This document shows, in pieces, positions 19,404 through 28,566 of a stretch of DNA of 64,000 nucleotides. A model generated the notes under the pieces. The model searched no databases. It had not been told where the DNA came from and saw only the letters and a program-made list of their open reading frames with translations. How positions within the stretch are numbered: position 1 is the first letter of the stretch; each line of letters begins with the position of its first letter. The position numbers were made by a program, and so were the translations under genes. This stretch comes from an uncultured Chloroflexia bacterium (lineage in GTDB: Bacteria > Chloroflexota > Limnocylindria > Limnocylindrales > CSP1-4), in the NCBI GenBank assembly GCA_963766735.1, contig CAVYBU010000004.1:32001-96000 (forward strand), read 5' to 3'.

Positions 19404-22400
19404 TCACGCCCGCTCCGGGCACATCGCCCGATAGTCACACCACTGGCACGGCCAGCCCGGCGTCGCGGTGAACTCCCCGGCGCGGATCGGACGCACGCGA
19501 GCCAGGATCTCGTCCCGGGCGGCATCCAGCTCCGCGTCATTGCGTGACGCGCTCATCCGGAGCGCCGACTCCGTGAAGTAGAGCGTCACCTTCTCCGGCG
19601 TGCCCAGGTCCAGCGCGTCCCGGCAGGCCAGTGCGTAGATGGCCAGCTGCAGGCTCTCGCTGACGTCCTTCTGGCTGCTGACCTTGCCGGTCTTGTAGTC
19701 GATGACCTCCAGGCCACCGCCGGGAAGCCGGTCGATGCGGTCGATCTCGCCGAACACCCGCACGGGCTCGCTGCCGTCGCCGGGATCCAGGACCAGGGTG
19801 AACTCGAGCTCCTCGTAGAGAGCCTCGCCCACGCCCTCCAGCTCGCCGGTCCAGAAGTTGCCCAGCAGGTTGTCCACCTTGCGCCCGAAGGAGTCCTCGG
19901 TGGCCTTGTCGCCGAACTTGGCAGGCACCCAGCGCTCCCGGAAGAGGCGCTCGAGGTCCTCGCGCGTGGGCGGGGGCTCGCCACGGGCGGCCCGATCGCG
20001 ACGCTCCTTCGTGAACGCCTCGAAGGCCTCGTGCGCGGTGGAGCCGAAGGTGAGCGCTCCGACGGGCCGGTCGGGGGACGGCATGCGGTAGACGTACTTG
20101 AAGGCGTACTTCAGCGGGCACTTCTCGTAGGTCTCGAGGGCGGTGTAGCTGAACGAGGGCGGCAGGGGCGCAACGGCGAGGAGGTTGGCGCCGGCGCCGG
20201 TGTCCAGCGCGATGGACCGGAACGTGAACGGGTCAAGGCCGGCCTCCCGTGCCTCGTCCGCGCTCAGGGCGGCGCTTCGGCCGAGGTCCGCAAGGCGGGC
20301 GGCATAGGCGGCACGGGCCTCGGTGGCCTCCGGGTCGTCCGCGGCGGTGGCCTCCAGGAGGCCGACGAGCTCCGCGGCCCGCAGGCGGATGACGAGGCGA
20401 CGCTCGCGCGCGGTGGGGAGCGGCATGACGCGGCGGGCGGCGGCCAGGGCGGCGGCTTCGCCGCCGATGACATCACCGGCCTCGCCCTCGTCGCCCGCGT
20501 CCCCCTCACCGGCCTCCCCTGCCCCGTCGGCTTCGGCCGCCTCCACGGAGACGCGGTCGATACGGGTGATCTCCGAGCCGGCGTCGGTCATCAGCTCCGC
20601 CACGAACTGGGACGGCGCCTTGGCCCCGGTGCCCCCGTGCGTGGCCAGGATCAGCCGCTCCTGGGCCCGGGTCATTGCCACGTACAGCAGGCGCCGCTCC
20701 TCGTCCGTGTGGATGTCGCCCGCTGGAACCTGCTCACGGAGCAGCTCGCGCGGGAACCAGCCGGAGCCCATCTCGCGGACCGGCCACTCCCCCTCCAGCA
20801 GGTGCGGGACGATGACGATCGGGAACTCCAGCCCCTTGGCCTGGTGGAGGGTCATGAGGCGGACACCGTCCACGTCCTCGGTCAGCTCCACGCTGGTGGG
20901 CAGCTCCCCGCCGGCGGCCTTGTACGCGTCCAGGTAGCCCGTGAAGTCCACGAGGCACCCGTCGGGGTGTGCGGCCTGCCAGTCCGCGGCGAACCGCATG
21001 AAGCCCGCGATGTTGGCGACAGAGCGCTTGGACTCCAGGGTCCCCACCGCCAGCAGGTCCAGGATCTGACCCGTGCGCTCCAGGTAGCGGAGGAGGATGG
21101 TGGACGGGCCGTCCCGGAAGGTGCGGGGGTTGAGCTCGTCGACGGTCTCCAGGAGCGCGCGGAGCTTGGCCCGGGTCTCGGGCGGGGTGGCGTCGTTGTC
21201 CCGCAGGGCCGCCGCGGTCTCCAGCAGGTGGGGCTGGCGGGCGGCGTCCCGGGCCCGGGTGATCTCCAGGATCTCGATGGCACCCAGGCGCCACGGGCCG
21301 GCGGTCATCATGCGCACGAGGGCGGCGTCGTCGTGGGGGTCCGCCACGGCACGCAGGCCCTGCTCCAGGTCCCGGATCTCCGGGGTCTCGAACAGGGAGA
21401 GGCCGCCCACCACGGTGTACGGGATGTCCTCGTCCCGCAGGCGGGCGACGATGGCGTCGCGATGCTTGTGCTTCCGGTACAGGATGGCGATGTCGGTCCA
21501 GCGGGGGCCGCCGGCGCCTGGACCGGCCAACGACTTGATCGCGTCGACGATGGCGACGGCCTCGTCCTCCGCGCCCGCGCACACGAGGAGCTGGACCGGG
21601 ACGCCCGCAGCGCGATCGGTCCGGAGGCGCTTGTCCGGCTCGAAGCGCGTCTCGTTGCACTCGATCAGGCGGTTGGCGACGGTCAGCACGTGGGCGACGG
21701 AGCGGAAGTTCTGGTCGATGCGGAGCCGCAGCGGCGATCCGGGCGGCAAGCCTGACCGGTCGTGCGCGGGCGGGCGCGAGAACCGCACGTCGAACTCCGC
21801 GAATGCGGCGAAGCTGGCACCCCGGAAGCGGTAGATCGACTGGTCGTCGTCCCCCACCACCATCACGTTGTCCGGGACGGTCCGGCGTGCGGCCCAGGAG
21901 CTCGATGAGCTCGATCTGGGCGACGTTGGCGTCCTGGAACTCGTCCACCAGGATGTAGCGGAACTGGCGCTGCCAACGCCTCAGCACGTTCGGGCGCGTC
22001 TTGAACAGGGTGGTGGCGAGCGCAGATCTGCTCCCCGAAGTCCAGGGCACCGCGCCGGCCGAGCTCGTCCTGGTAGGCGTGGTAGACGCGGGCGATCTCG
22101 GTCAGCCGCAGGATCTCCAGGGCGGCGCCATCGCGAACGTAGGTGGCGGCGAGCTGGTCGATGCGGTCCTGATCGTCCTGCCCGAAGTGGCCTCGGCCGT
22201 GGGCGCGACCGTCGGCGGCGATGGACCGGCGGGCCTCGCGGTCGGCGGTCCGCTCGTGCTCATCGGGGCGGTACTTCTTGACCTCCAGGCCCGCCGCCTC
22301 GGCGCGCTCGCTCGCCCGCACGCGGGCGTAGTCGCCGCGGACGTCGCGCACGGGCTTGAGGTGGCCGACAAGCTCAAGGTGCTGCGCCTCGGCCTCGTAA

Positions 22401-23020
22401 TCGCCGTAGCGTCGTTCGTACTCATCGCGCTCGGCGGCCACGAAGGCGTCGAACTCCTCGGGCGTCACCAGCTCGTCCTTCGCCCGGTTGATGAACGTGA
22501 CGAAGTCCCCGAGCGCGCGATCCCCGTGATAGATGAGTCCCAGGGTGGGCCGCAGGTCCCGCAGCAGGAGCAGCTGGCCGACGCCGTCCAGCACGTCCGG
22601 CCGCGCGGGGAGATTGGCGTCCGCGGCGCTCTCGGTGAGGACCCGCTGGCAGAAGCTGTGGAAGTTGCTCACGCTCATGCGAGCCCGGACGGCCGGACCG
22701 ACGGCCGCGTCCAGGCGCTCCTGGAGCTCGCGGGCGGCCTTGACGTTGTAGGTCAGGACCAGGAGCTGCTCGGGAACGAGGGACGCATCGAACGGGTTGT
22801 CGTGCCGCCCGGGCTCCGCCGCCAGCAGCCCGCCGGCCGTCGCCTGCACGTCCCCCTTCGTCTCCAGGAGCCAGCGCACCCGCTCCACGATGACGCGCGT
22901 CTTGCCCGTTCCGGCGCCCGCGATGACCACTATGGGTCCATCGCCCGCCTCGACGATGGCGCGCTGCTCCGGCGTCAGCTCCGCGTGCTCGGGCGCCACC
23001 TCCCCACCCGCCGGCGTCAT
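19404..23020 (-). CDS. UvrD-type helicase fused to a PD-(D/E)XK nuclease with Fe-S cysteines (AdnB/AddB-like); two apparent frameshifts near 21870 and 22020
   Basis: AGAGTGKT, LVDEFQD (third frame), VGDDDQSIYRFRGA, NFRS, HQAKGLEF, EERRLLYVAMTRA, CPLKY, GEIDRID, IDYKTG, QLAIY, CQWCDYRAMC. Confidence 0.85.
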
Positions 23021-23039
23021 CCCCCGCGCGCCGCCGGGA

Positions 23040-23567
23040 TCACCCGGGCTCGCCCCGAAGGGCTGCCGCCTTGAGGTGCGTGCTGCAGCACCAGCCACCG
23101 TCCACCGGGTGCCGGCCGGGGTTCCTGCACGAGGACCCGTCACGGTTCGGGATGATGCACGGCTCCTCGGCCGGTGGCGTCGCGGCCGAGGACCCGTCTC
23201 CGGCACCCGCCTGCGACGCCTGCGCCGCGGCAGCCGCCCTGCCCGACGCCCCGATCCGGGCCAGCGCCTGCTGCGCGACGTCCGTCCAGTCCGGCACCCG
23301 GCTCGCGATCCGCCGGAGGGCGGCGGCGGCGCCCACGTCGTCCGCCGACTTCCCGACAGCCTCCAGCACCGTGATCGCGAAACCCGGTGATCGCCCCGCC
23401 TCGATCCAGGCATCCATCGCAACGACGGCGTCGGCGCCGTAGGCGGCAACCTGGTCCCGGAATTCGATCCGCGTCTCCGGCGGCGCGCTCGCCGCGGCCT
23501 CGATCAGGCGCTCGAGCGCCGGCTCCGGCTCATGCTTCGGCTTGCGTGTGGTGCCTTTCGACGTCAT
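23040..23567 (-). CDS. Hypothetical helical (HEAT-like) protein with C-terminal Cys/His cluster
   Basis: Helical repeats followed by CIIPNRDGSSCRNP..WCCSTH. Confidence 0.6.
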   Translation of the reverse strand: MTSKGTTRKPKHEPEPALERLIEAAASAPPETRIEFRDQVAAYGADAVVAMDAWIEAGRSPGFAITVLEAVGKSADDVGAAAALRRIASRVPDWTDVAQQALARIGASGRAAAAAQASQAGAGDGSSAATPPAEEPCIIPNRDGSSCRNPGRHPVDGGWCCSTHLKAAALRGEPG

Positions 23568-23581
23568 GTGTCCGTCCTGTC

Positions 23582-24094
23582 TCAATACCGGTACAGCGAT
23601 GCTATGAACGGTACCCGGTTGTAGATCCAGAGCCCAAGTGGCATCGTCAGGATCAGGACGATGAACAGGAAGCCGATCGTCATGACCGCGGCCGATGCCC
23701 ACCAGCCGACGAACAGGAACCAGATGAAGCGGATCGGCCAGGCGGTCTGGCGGATACCGGTCTCCATCAGCATCAAGCCCCCGGCGGGGTCCGCTGTCCA
23801 GTATGTCGCCTTCGTCCTCGGACGGAGCGTCAAGTATGTCGGCACGTGGTTGACGAGGTAGATGCCGAGCGGCAGCCCGATGATCGTGATCATGGCGAAC
23901 CAGGCGAGGGCGGACACGACGGCGGTCAGCCACCAGCCCACAAAGACGAACCAGAGGGCGCGCACGAGAAGGCCGGGCCCGCGCTGGGTCTCGACCGGCA
24001 TCGGCTGGAGCTGGTTCGGTGGCGGCGGAACCTGGCTCGGCGGCGGGACCTGGTACGGCGGCGGCTGGAGTTGGTTCGGCGGCGGCGGGTTCAT
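23582..24094 (-). CDS. YccF-domain membrane protein with Pro/Gln-rich N-terminal repeats
   Basis: Two repeats of RxxWFxFVGWW..IxxxPLG; N-terminal PPPNQLQ/PPPYQV/PPPSQV repeats. Confidence 0.8.
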   Translation of the reverse strand: MNPPPPNQLQPPPYQVPPPSQVPPPPNQLQPMPVETQRGPGLLVRALWFVFVGWWLTAVVSALAWFAMITIIGLPLGIYLVNHVPTYLTLRPRTKATYWTADPAGGLMLMETGIRQTAWPIRFIWFLFVGWWASAAVMTIGFLFIVLILTMPLGLWIYNRVPFIASLYRY

Positions 24095-25869
24095 GCGTCC
24101 CTCATCATCGACGAGTCCCGTGACAGCTCTCGTGGCACGGCATCGGCGTCCCCCCGCAGCGTTTCGGCCAGCCCCGGCGGCGCGATGACCACCAGGTGCG
24201 CCGTCGCCCGTGTCAGCGCGGTGTAGAGCAGCTGGTCCAGGCGCTCGCCGGACTCGGGCAGCTCGCACAGGATGATCACCGGCCTCTCCAGGCCCTTGAA
24301 CCGGCGGATGGTCTCGAACTGGACGATGCCGGCGTCGGGCGGCGCGTCCGGGATCTCCTCGGCCGGCAGGCCCAGCGAGGTGCCGCCCTCATCGATCGCC
24401 CCGTTCCACAGCTCCACGTTGCCATAGCGGCGCTTCTTCCAGACCTCGCTCCTGGTCGCGGACGCGCCCGACAGCACCGCGATGTGCCACGGGCGGATCT
24501 CCTCCTCCTCGAGCAGGCGGTGGAGCTGCTTGCGCACGGCCTCCACGGTGTCGCGCCCCGGCTCCGCCGCCACGATCACGGGCTTGCGGCCTGCCTCTGT
24601 CACCGCATAGGGCTCCGTGGGGCCGTGATAGAAGCGGGCCGCCAGCTCCGCGACGGGCGCCGGCGAGCGGTAGTCCTCGAACAGCTCCAGGCGGTCCAGG
24701 CCCAGCTCCGCCACGCGATCGTCCCGGTAGAGCGCCTGACCGGGATCGTGGAAGACCCACAGGACACCGTCGGCCGGGTCGTGGAGGAGGAACTCCAGGG
24801 AGGTCAGCCAGGCGGGCTCGAAGTCCTGGCCCTCGTCGATGACGATGGCGTGGAACCGTTCGTCGGGAAGCCTGTCGATCGCCGCGTCCAGCGCGCCCGG
24901 GAGGGTGACGTCCCACCAGTCACGGGGGAGGTCGGCGGGCTTGGCGGGGAGCACGCGCGCCTGTGTCCCCAGCCGCTCACACAGCCGGTGGAACGTGGTC
25001 ACGACCGGGCGCCGGTCGGCAGGCTCGCCGTCCTCGTCGATCTCGCGGCCGACCGCGGTGGCCAGCGGCTGGTTGAAGCAGACGAACAGCGTCCGGAAGC
25101 CTTCGCGCGCGAGGCGGCGCGCCCGCTCCACGGCCACGAGGCTCTTGCCGCTCCCCGCGGGCCCCACGATCTCCAGGCGGCGCTTCGCCCGGTTCTGGTT
25201 GAGCACGATCTTCTGGGCGCGCGAGGCGTCGACCAGGCGGTCGCGGCCCTCCTCGACATCGCGGCGGATGAGGCGGTGGAGCGCAACCGTGGGAGCGAGG
25301 TACTCGTGGACGCGCTCCGCCTGGGCATCGGAGAGGGGCCGGCCGCGGGTTCCGTCGCCGGTCCACCAGTCCCACGCTCGCTCCAGGGCCTTCCGCGCGG
25401 TCGTCGCATCGGTCAGCGCCGCCGCGTCCAGGATGATCTCGGGTGTGGCATCGGGCCCCAGGAGGACGTGGCCCGCAGGGAGGCTGGCGAGGTCCGCATC
25501 GGGGAAGGCGACCGCGTGACCTGCCCTCGGACGGTCGCCACCCGTCACGCCCAACAGCTCCCCGATCGCGCCGACCAGGTCGTGCTTGGCGTCCTCGGCC
25601 TGCTCGAAGGGGCTGCGCGTCAGCGGGTGGCCGCCGATGAACCAGCGGTTGTGGGCGTCCCGGGACGGCTCGCCGGACTTGACCTCGATCACGAGCAGGC
25701 CGTGCTCCGGGTGCACGATGACGAGGTCAGCCTCGCCGTCGTGAGCGGGACCGGTTGGCCGGGTGCGGGCGACGAAGCGCACGTTCGCGTAGCAGCGCGC
25801 CTCCGGGGGCAGGGCGGCACGGATCCGCTCCTCCGCGATCCGTTCGGCGCGATCCCCGAGGTCCCCCAC
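24091..25869 (-). CDS. NERD nuclease plus SF1 (UvrD-like) helicase
   Basis: GEADLVIVHPEHGLLVIEVKSG, SPFEQA, GPAGSGKS, IDEGQD, DYRS, RFKGLE, LYTALTRA. Confidence 0.88.
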   Translation of the reverse strand: MGDLGDRAERIAEERIRAALPPEARCYANVRFVARTRPTGPAHDGEADLVIVHPEHGLLVIEVKSGEPSRDAHNRWFIGGHPLTRSPFEQAEDAKHDLVGAIGELLGVTGGDRPRAGHAVAFPDADLASLPAGHVLLGPDATPEIILDAAALTDATTARKALERAWDWWTGDGTRGRPLSDAQAERVHEYLAPTVALHRLIRRDVEEGRDRLVDASRAQKIVLNQNRAKRRLEIVGPAGSGKSLVAVERARRLAREGFRTLFVCFNQPLATAVGREIDEDGEPADRRPVVTTFHRLCERLGTQARVLPAKPADLPRDWWDVTLPGALDAAIDRLPDERFHAIVIDEGQDFEPAWLTSLEFLLHDPADGVLWVFHDPGQALYRDDRVAELGLDRLELFEDYRSPAPVAELAARFYHGPTEPYAVTEAGRKPVIVAAEPGRDTVEAVRKQLHRLLEEEEIRPWHIAVLSGASATRSEVWKKRRYGNVELWNGAIDEGGTSLGLPAEEIPDAPPDAGIVQFETIRRFKGLERPVIILCELPESGERLDQLLYTALTRATAHLVVIAPPGLAETLRGDADAVPRELSRDSSMMRDA

Positions 25870-25965
25870 GCGTCCGTCCCCTCCGCTGCTGGCCCTGGGG
25901 GCGACCCTAGCAGCGCGCGTCGGGTGCAGTCCAGTCCGTCCGGCCCGTCGCGACGGCGAACGGTG

Positions 25966-26526
25966 TCAGTGGGCGAGACAGGCGTTGATCTGCACCAGCT
26001 CCTCGGTGGCGTCGAACCGGAGCTCGAGCGAGCCGTACGGCTCATCGCTGTACATGTAGACGAACGTGGGCGTGCCGTAGGCGTCCGTGATCAGCCGCGG
26101 GTCCCCGAGCGCGGTCGTGATCTCGTCGATGCCCTCGTGCCAGCGCAACCCTTGGGGCATGGGACCCCCGTACTCGCCAAAGACGCTGGTGCCTGCGTAG
26201 ACCGAGACGACCCGCGCGACGTAGTCGAGCGTCGTGACCGCGCTCCAGTTCGCGCAGATGACCCGGTAGCCGTCGCCGATCGCGAGCGGCACGGTCTCGC
26301 AGCCGGTCCGGTCGACGGTCGATCCCAGGCACGGGATGGGGTTCTCCGTCGTGCCCGCGCCGAACGCGACACCCGGATCGAAACGGATGCCGAGCTGGCC
26401 GAGGATCCCGCCCACGATGAGAACGTCGATGCCCAGGACGATCGCGCCCAGCAGCAGCCATGGTCTTGGCCGTCGTCCACGCGGGGGTTGCGTCAAGAAT
26501 TCAACGACGGTCTTCACGGCGATCAC
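25966..26526 (-). CDS. Hypothetical membrane-anchored exported protein
   Basis: One TM helix, then a Cys-containing domain with LGDP; GAGAGG RBS before the GTG. Confidence 0.55.
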   Translation of the reverse strand: MIAVKTVVEFLTQPPRGRRPRPWLLLGAIVLGIDVLIVGGILGQLGIRFDPGVAFGAGTTENPIPCLGSTVDRTGCETVPLAIGDGYRVICANWSAVTTLDYVARVVSVYAGTSVFGEYGGPMPQGLRWHEGIDEITTALGDPRLITDAYGTPTFVYMYSDEPYGSLELRFDATEELVQINACLAH

Positions 26527-26784
26527 CGGCCTCTCGGGCCCTCTACCTACTTCATCACGGTCATCGTGCCCGATCGAGTCGTCATGATCGAGTGCCTTCA
26601 GTTGACAAGGCGCGGGCACAACGATGGACGGAAGGCCGAGACGGGGACTTCCGGATCCTGTCCTTCCTGACCAGTGCCATCGGGCAACCGAAACGCACCC
26701 CCCGGCGTCTGCACCCCAACAGGACCGGACGATGGGCTCCGCCGGTCCGTCAGGCAGCACCGGAGCCCGGAACGGGACGCCACC

Positions 26785-27573
26785 ATGGACACCACACCCA
26801 ACCCCACCCGCAACCGCTCGACGGCCGGCTGGATGTCGATTGCCGCTGTCGCGGCGCTCGCCGTCGGCCTGCTCGCCGGCCCTGCGCTCGCCGCCGTCAT
26901 CGCCCCGCGCACGTACCCGGTCGTACCCGGCGCGCCATCGGACCAGGCGGTCGAGCACACCATCTCGGTCGCAGGCAGCGGCAAGGTCACGGTCATCCCT
27001 GATATGGCGACCATCCGCCTCGGCGTCGTGGTAGAGCGCAAGACCGCGAAGGACGCCCGCGAGGCCGCCGCCGCCGCCATGACGAGGGTCGTCGACGCCG
27101 TCCGCAAGCTGGGCATCGCCGACAAGGACATCGCCACCGCCAACGTGTCGCTCAACCCCGTCTACGACTACCCGACCAACGCCGCCGCGAAGATCCGCGG
27201 CTACCAGCTCAACAACACCATCACGATCACGGTTCGTGACCTCGACAAGCTCAGCGACGTCCTCGACAACGGCGTCACCGCCGGCGCCAACTCCGTGGAC
27301 GGCATCAGCTTCGACGTGGCCGATCGCGCCGCCGCCGAGGCCAATGCCCGCGAGGCTGCGGTCAAGGATGCGAAGGCCAAGGCCGACACGCTCGCGAACG
27401 GGCTGGGCGTCCGGATCACCGGCGTCGCCTCCATCTCCGAGTCCGTCTCAACTCCGGTCTGGTACAGCCCGGAATACGGCGCGGTCGCCGCTGACCGGGC
27501 GGCCGAGACCCCGGTCCTCCCGGGCTCGACCGACGTGGTGATCAACGTCCAGGTGTCGTTCCTGATCCCGTAG
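26785..27573 (+). CDS. SIMPL (DUF541) domain protein
   Basis: ISVAGSGKVTVIPDMATIRLGV, LNPVYDY, GY, GANSVDGISF, AVKDAKAKADTLA. Confidence 0.9.
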   Translation: MDTTPNPTRNRSTAGWMSIAAVAALAVGLLAGPALAAVIAPRTYPVVPGAPSDQAVEHTISVAGSGKVTVIPDMATIRLGVVVERKTAKDAREAAAAAMTRVVDAVRKLGIADKDIATANVSLNPVYDYPTNAAAKIRGYQLNNTITITVRDLDKLSDVLDNGVTAGANSVDGISFDVADRAAAEANAREAAVKDAKAKADTLANGLGVRITGVASISESVSTPVWYSPEYGAVAADRAAETPVLPGSTDVVINVQVSFLIP

Positions 27574-27604
27574 GCGCCGCGAGCCCCAACGAGCAGGCGA
27601 TCCA

Positions 27605-27667
27605 GTCGTACCGTGTCTTGACGCTGGTCGTACCGCCGTTCATACTCAATCAATGACTCAGTACGAC
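27605..27667 (+). promoter_or_regulatory. Sigma70 promoter and operator repeats of the TA operon
   Basis: TTGACG(27618)-N17-CATACT(27641); GTCGTACCG at 27605 and 27627; inverted GTACGAC at 27661. Confidence 0.7.
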
Positions 27668-28006
27668 CAGCGTCCGGAGCCTGGCGAATCCGCGGGCCCG
27701 GATGGAACCAGGCTCCCCAGCGCGCGGGATGCCCTCGAGCCCTACCTTGCCGCCGCGGAGGCGGGGCCGTTCACGAAGCTCTCGATCAGCCTCCCGGAGC
27801 CGCTCATTGCCACGGTCCGGGAGGTGTCCGATCAGACGGGCGTCAGCGTGAGCGGCGTGATTGCGGCCAGCCTCCGCCGCCTCCTGGACGAGGTTCTGCA
27901 GGCCAGGATCGACGCTGCTCTGGAGGAGGACCGGGAGGAGAACCTGGCCTGGGCCCGGGCCGCGGCACCGGGCGACGCACTCCTGCTGCGAGATCTCGAG
28001 TGGTAG
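27653..28006 (+). CDS. RHH-type antitoxin
   Basis: TKLSISLPEPLI..VSVSGVIAASLRR; overlaps the toxin start. Confidence 0.75.
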   Translation: MTQYDQRPEPGESAGPDGTRLPSARDALEPYLAAAEAGPFTKLSISLPEPLIATVREVSDQTGVSVSGVIAASLRRLLDEVLQARIDAALEEDREENLAWARAAAPGDALLLRDLEW

Positions 28007-28380
28007 CCATCGGCCAGGGTGCACCAGGCACGCGTCCTCGCCGCGGAGACATCCACCTGGTGCAGTTCCCGGACCTGGGGGGCCACGTGCTTCGCGGACC
28101 TCACCCGGCCGTGATCGTCTCCTCGGACCGCCTCAACCGGCCCGACGGCACCATCCTCGTCTGTTCACTCACCAGCAGAGGCGGGGCAGATCCTGCCTGG
28201 GTGCCGCCCTATCTTGTTCGGGTCGCGCGCCGCGAGAGCGGCCTCGACCGCGACGGATGGGTCAAGTGCGACCAGGTCTTCACAAGACCCGCGAACTGGC
28301 TCGGCCCGAAGCTCGGCCGCCTCGCCCCAGGGGCACTGGCCCGCGTGGACGCCTCACTTCGGTTCGTCCTGGCGCTGTAG
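28000..28380 (+). CDS. PemK/MazF-family toxin
   Basis: RRGDIHLVQF..GPHPAVIVSSD..LVCSLTS..SGLDRDGWVKCDQV..LGRL. Confidence 0.88.
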   Translation: MVAIGQGAPGTRPRRGDIHLVQFPDLGGHVLRGPHPAVIVSSDRLNRPDGTILVCSLTSRGGADPAWVPPYLVRVARRESGLDRDGWVKCDQVFTRPANWLGPKLGRLAPGALARVDASLRFVLAL

Positions 28381-28566
28381 GCGCCTGGGGTACGAGCCTG
28401 CACACCGCTGGGCGGACCACGTCGCGGCGCCCTGATCCACCGTCCGCCCCAGGTCGTGGAGGCCCGGGGCCATCCGGGCACCGCACGCTTCCGCCCGGCA
28501 GGAGTCTTGGCATCACGACGGCCTTCGTGCAGGATGTCCGCAGCACATCGCACGTCCAGGAGGACC

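Noticed and set aside
19404-20130. Cas4-like nuclease suggesting CRISPR adaptation
   Set aside because: It is the fused C-terminal PD-(D/E)XK/Fe-S domain of a UvrD-type helicase; no cas1/cas2 or array is present.
24001-24090. Short tandem DNA repeats
   Set aside because: They simply encode the Pro/Gln-rich N-terminal tail of the YccF protein.
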